Positions 60,542-64,000 of a DNA stretch of 64,000 bases are shown here, in pieces. The position numbers and the translations under genes are program-made. Source of the DNA: an uncultured Acidobacteriota bacterium (GTDB lineage: Bacteria > Acidobacteriota > Thermoanaerobaculia > UBA5066); the NCBI GenBank assembly GCA_963779415.1, contig CAVZYA010000002.1, positions 544,001-608,000 on the forward strand, in the 5' to 3' direction. The notes beneath the pieces are model-generated. The model saw nothing but the letters and a program-made list of their open reading frames with translations, was not told where the DNA came from and did not search any database. The stretch's first letter is position 1. Every line of letters starts with the position of its first letter.

Positions 60542-61188
60542 GCGGCGTGCGGATGCGCGGGCGCGACGGTCGTCCCGGACATCAGATCCGCGAGGGTCCG
60601 GCCGCGCCGGTCGAACGCCGCCAGGAGGAGGGGAACCCCCGCGAGCGCGCCCGTCAGGAGGAATCCGAGAAAACGGAGGAAGGAGGCGGCCAGGGTCGGA
60701 GAGCCTCCGTCCTCCGTCCGGATCCGGAGGTCCGCGAGCGCCATCCCCGGTGTCGTCCCCCAGACGAACGGAGCCAGAACGAGCAGGACGAGGGCGACGA
60801 GGAGGAGGAACGCTCCGACCGGCACGAAGGCCGCGAGCGGAAACCGGAGATTCAGGAGGAGCGAGCCCGCCGCCAGCTGGACGGCCCCGACGAGGGCGAG
60901 GATGACGAGGTCCGCGAGCCCCGCCGCGATGCGCCGCGCAAAGGTGACGCCCTCCTCTCCCGAGTCGTCTTCGGCTTCCACCGCGTCCGGAATCGTCTCC
61001 ATCTCCACGGTTGTCGCGGCAACCGGCGGTGGTGCGGGCGGACCGGCGGACGGCTCGGACCCCGGCGGGCGGATCGGGGCCTCCCCCAGATCCGGGAAGA
61101 GCGAGAGTGTCCTGGGTTTCGTCCCCCGGCGCGGCGCCTCTCCCCCGAGAGGGTGCTCGGCCAGCGGATCTCGGGGCGTATCGGCCAT
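60538..61188 (-). CDS. RDD family membrane protein
   Basis: RRIAAGLAD, GTTPGM, R, D...RTLADLMSGT.V. Confidence 0.85.
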   Translation of the reverse strand: MADTPRDPLAEHPLGGEAPRRGTKPRTLSLFPDLGEAPIRPPGSEPSAGPPAPPPVAATTVEMETIPDAVEAEDDSGEEGVTFARRIAAGLADLVILALVGAVQLAAGSLLLNLRFPLAAFVPVGAFLLLVALVLLVLAPFVWGTTPGMALADLRIRTEDGGSPTLAASFLRFLGFLLTGALAGVPLLLAAFDRRGRTLADLMSGTTVAPAHPHAA

Positions 61189-61195
61189 CAGACGG

Positions 61196-63255
61196 TCACG
61201 GCCGGAGCGAGAGATGGCGGATGAAGATGCGGGCCATCAGGTCGCTCGCGCCCTTCGGATATTTCCGCGAGAACTTCAGAAGCCGCTGCGCCTCGCGGTC
61301 GGACGGCCGGATCCTGACGGCGTCCTGGAGCGCCTCGGTGGCCCGCGCGTTGTTGCCCGACTGGAGGGCCTGGATGCCGGAGTTGACGTAGGAGTTCAGG
61401 AGGTACTCCTCCACGTCCTGGTTCTTCGCGTCCGAGCGGCGCAGCTCCCAGAGCAGCTTGATGGCGCTTTCGTAATCCCCCTCGGAGTACGACTTGGCGG
61501 CGGCTCGAAGGCCGTCCACCGCCTCGCGCGCGCGGAGAAGAGCCTGGGCAGCCTCGGTGTCCTCGGGATTCGCCTTGACGACGGGATCGAGCGCCTTGAA
61601 GGCGTCGATGTAGCGGCTCGCCTTCATCGCCGCGAGCCCCTGAACACGGAGCTGCTCGAGGCTGGCCGTGCTCGCCGCGGTCGGCGCCGGGGGCGGCGCG
61701 CCGGCATTCCGGTACTGGTCGATCTTCGCGAGCGCCTCGTTGCGCCGCGGGTCGTTGTCCGGGACGGCGAGGAGGATCTGGATCGCCGCGTCCACCTTTC
61801 CCTGGGAGAAAAGCGCCTGCGCTCGGGAGAAAGGATCCTCACCGGCCGGCTTCGGCCGTGCCGTGGCGGGACCGGGCGCCGGGGCGGTCGCGGTCCCTCC
61901 CTTCGGCTCGGCCGGCGCCGGCGCCTGGGCCGGCGCCCTCGAAGGCAGCTTCCCGCGGAAGAGCCACCAGGCCCCCCCCGCGACCGCGACGAGAACGACG
62001 AGCCCCACCGGGAGCAGAACGCGCAGGTCGAGACGGGCCGGTGCGCGCCGCTTCGACGGAGAGAGGACCGCTCTCTTTTCCGAGGGGGGGGCGCGTCGTC
62101 CGGAACGACGACGGCGAGCGTCCGGCTCGGGTCGAGGGGTTCGTTGTCGTCGGCGAACGAGGGGGTGACCGGGGCCTCGATCTCGGTCCGGAGGAACTCG
62201 GAGTCTCCGCCGGCCCCGTCGCGCGCCCCCGGCGCCGCGAGCGCCGCGTCGATCTGGTTCAGATACGACCGGGCGGTGGCGTCGTGCTCGGAGATCGCGA
62301 GGACCTCGAGGAACTTCGCCCGCGCGGCCGACAGATTCCCCGCGTCGTAGAGCTGCGTCCCGTCGGCGAGAAGAACGTCCACCTTCCGCGCGGAGTCGGC
62401 GAGCATCTCGCGCGCCTGGTCGATCCGGCCCGAGGCCTCCTGGTTCGAGAGGTCGATCAGGAAGACGCGGCTCCAGAGGTCGATCGCTTCCTGCGGGTTT
62501 CCACGCGCCATGGATTCGTCGCCCTGCTTGAGAAACTGCGTGATCCGCGGATCGAGCGAGGTGATGGAAGGCGGAGCGGGCGCGGGGCGAGAAGGTGGCG
62601 GAGTCTCCACCGCCTGCCGGGGCGGGACCGCGGACGGGCCGCCGGACCCCGGACTCGTGTTGACGCTCATGTCGAGGTCTTCGAAAGCGGGGGCGGGTGA
62701 GGCGGCGGGCGGAGGGGCGATCCCCGATCCCATCGCGAATCCGGGCGAGGCTCCCGGGGAAGCCACGCCGGGCGCCTCGGAGAGACCGGCGAAGGAGATC
62801 TCGGCGGCCGTCCCCGCTGCCGAAGCGGCCGGAGGAGCGGGCGCCTTCGGGGCCGTGGGAGCCGGGGTGGGGGTGTGCGGCGCGAAATCGTCGAAGACGA
62901 GGTCTTCGAGCCCGCCGCCTGCCGGGGGACGGATCGCGGAGCGCGAGGCCGTGGAGGTGCTCTCCACGTCGAAGGGATCGGTTGCGGGGGGCGGGGCCGC
63001 CTCGACCGGCGGCGCCTCGAGGTAGAAGGCGAACGGGGCGACGTCGATCTTCTGTCCGGCCGGAACCCCCCGCAGGCTCGCGAGGAGACGGTGCGCCGGC
63101 GTGAAGCGGGAGTCCATCTTGAGGATGAAGTCGCAGCCGAGCAGCGCTTCCTCGTTCCGGCCGTCGCGGACGAGCTGGAGCGTGTGCTGGAAGGTCTGAA
63201 GGACCTTCCCACGGGCCTCCGGCGCGAGGGCGGCGCTTCCCTCGTACGGGTTCAT
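61196..63255 (-). CDS. Bitopic TPR-repeat protein; -1 frameshift in a G8 run at ~62084-62091
   Basis: Helical N-domain, Pro/Ala linker, TPRs (EAIDLWSRVFLID), TM LLPVGLVVLVAVAGGAWWLF, exported TPRs; frames join if the homopolymer is 9 nt. Confidence 0.75.
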
Positions 63256-63298
63256 CGGCGGAATGCTAGCAGGGTACGATCCGTTGGAAACGGAATCG

Positions 63299-64000
63299 AT
63301 GATGAAAAGCCTGATCGAATGCATCCCCAACGTGAGCGAGGGACGGCGCCCCGAGGTCGTCGCGGCGCTCGCGGACGCGGCGACCCGGGCGGGGAAAGGG
63401 GTCCTTCTTCTCGACCGGACCTCCGACGCCGACCACAACCGCTCCGTCTTCACCTTCCTCGGCGACGGCCCCGGGCTTCTCGACGCCATGACGGCTCTCG
63501 TGGAAAGGGCTCTCTCCGCGATCGATCTCCGGACGCATCGCGGGGCCCACCCGCGGATCGGCGCCGTGGACGTCATCCCCTTCGTGCCGATCCGGGGGGC
63601 CACGTCGGCCGACTGCGTCGCGCTCGCCCGCGAGCTCGGGGCGCGTCTGGCGTCGACGTTTTCTCTCCCGATTTACCTCTACGAGGACGCCGCCTCGTCG
63701 CCCGAGCGGCAGAACCTCGCGAACATCCGGAAGGGGGAGTTCGAGGGGCTCGCGGAGAGGATGAAGAGCCCCGCCTGGAAGCCCGATTTCGGCCCGTCGT
63801 CGCCTCACCCGGGCGGCGGCGCGACCGTCGTCGGTGCCCGGGCACCGCTCATCGCCTACAACATCAATCTCGGAACGGCGGACCTCGCGGTCGCCGACCG
63901 GATCGCGAAGGCGATTCGCCATCTTTCCGGCGGCTATCGGTACGTGAAAGCCATGGCGGTGAAGCTCGAGGCGCGCGGGCAGGTCCAGGTCTCGATCAAC
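63299..64000 (+). CDS. ftcD: Glutamate formimidoyltransferase (FTCD N-terminal part), truncated by window end
   Basis: Own translation: LIECIPNVSEGRR, DADHNRSVFT, HPRIGAVDVIPFVP, IRKGEFEG, GARAPLIAYNINL. Confidence 0.9.
   Translation, partial: MMKSLIECIPNVSEGRRPEVVAALADAATRAGKGVLLLDRTSDADHNRSVFTFLGDGPGLLDAMTALVERALSAIDLRTHRGAHPRIGAVDVIPFVPIRGATSADCVALARELGARLASTFSLPIYLYEDAASSPERQNLANIRKGEFEGLAERMKSPAWKPDFGPSSPHPGGGATVVGARAPLIAYNINLGTADLAVADRIAKAIRHLSGGYRYVKAMAVKLEARGQVQVSIN

Noticed and set aside
1-64000. Numerous long Arg/Pro/Gly-rich overlapping and antisense ORFs in the track
   Set aside because: Shadow ORFs expected at high GC3; they carry no motifs and overlap recognisable genes. No tRNA, rRNA, integrase or transposase was recognised.

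Overview
A gene-dense, very GC-rich (roughly 70% by eye) bacterial chromosome segment with about 58 CDS. It contains no rRNA, tRNA, CRISPR array, prophage or IS element that I can support. Gene content and style suggest Acidobacteriota, possibly Thermoanaerobaculia (inference only). Most genes are housekeeping or envelope genes: murF, purE, fabH, lepB, queF, gatB-ftsEX, yebC-ruvC, mtaB, a BtuFCD-like ABC transporter, accD-folC-dgt-rpiB-glyA, nadE, a formiminotransferase, and M16/S9/M48 peptidases. Signalling genes include three Hanks Ser/Thr kinases, a degenerate GAF-GGDEF protein, and DUF4388 and TPR proteins. About nine single-base frameshifts (one in glyA) and one in-frame TGA most likely reflect an unpolished long-read assembly. 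Best leads: (1) a stand-alone structured RNA of about 230 nt after queF, with its own sigma70 promoter and terminator; (2) an esterase / ATP-grasp / MurF / second ATP-grasp-like ligase locus outside the dcw cluster; (3) a pseudo-receiver-kinase-TM-TonB_C protein heading a B12-type uptake operon; (4) a GATase-crotonase fusion coupled to a degenerate MBL-fold protein; (5) widespread leaderless genes, including a 16-bp palindromic bidirectional -10 element; (6) a dispersed G-rich palindromic repeat family. All family assignments come from motif recognition, not database searches.
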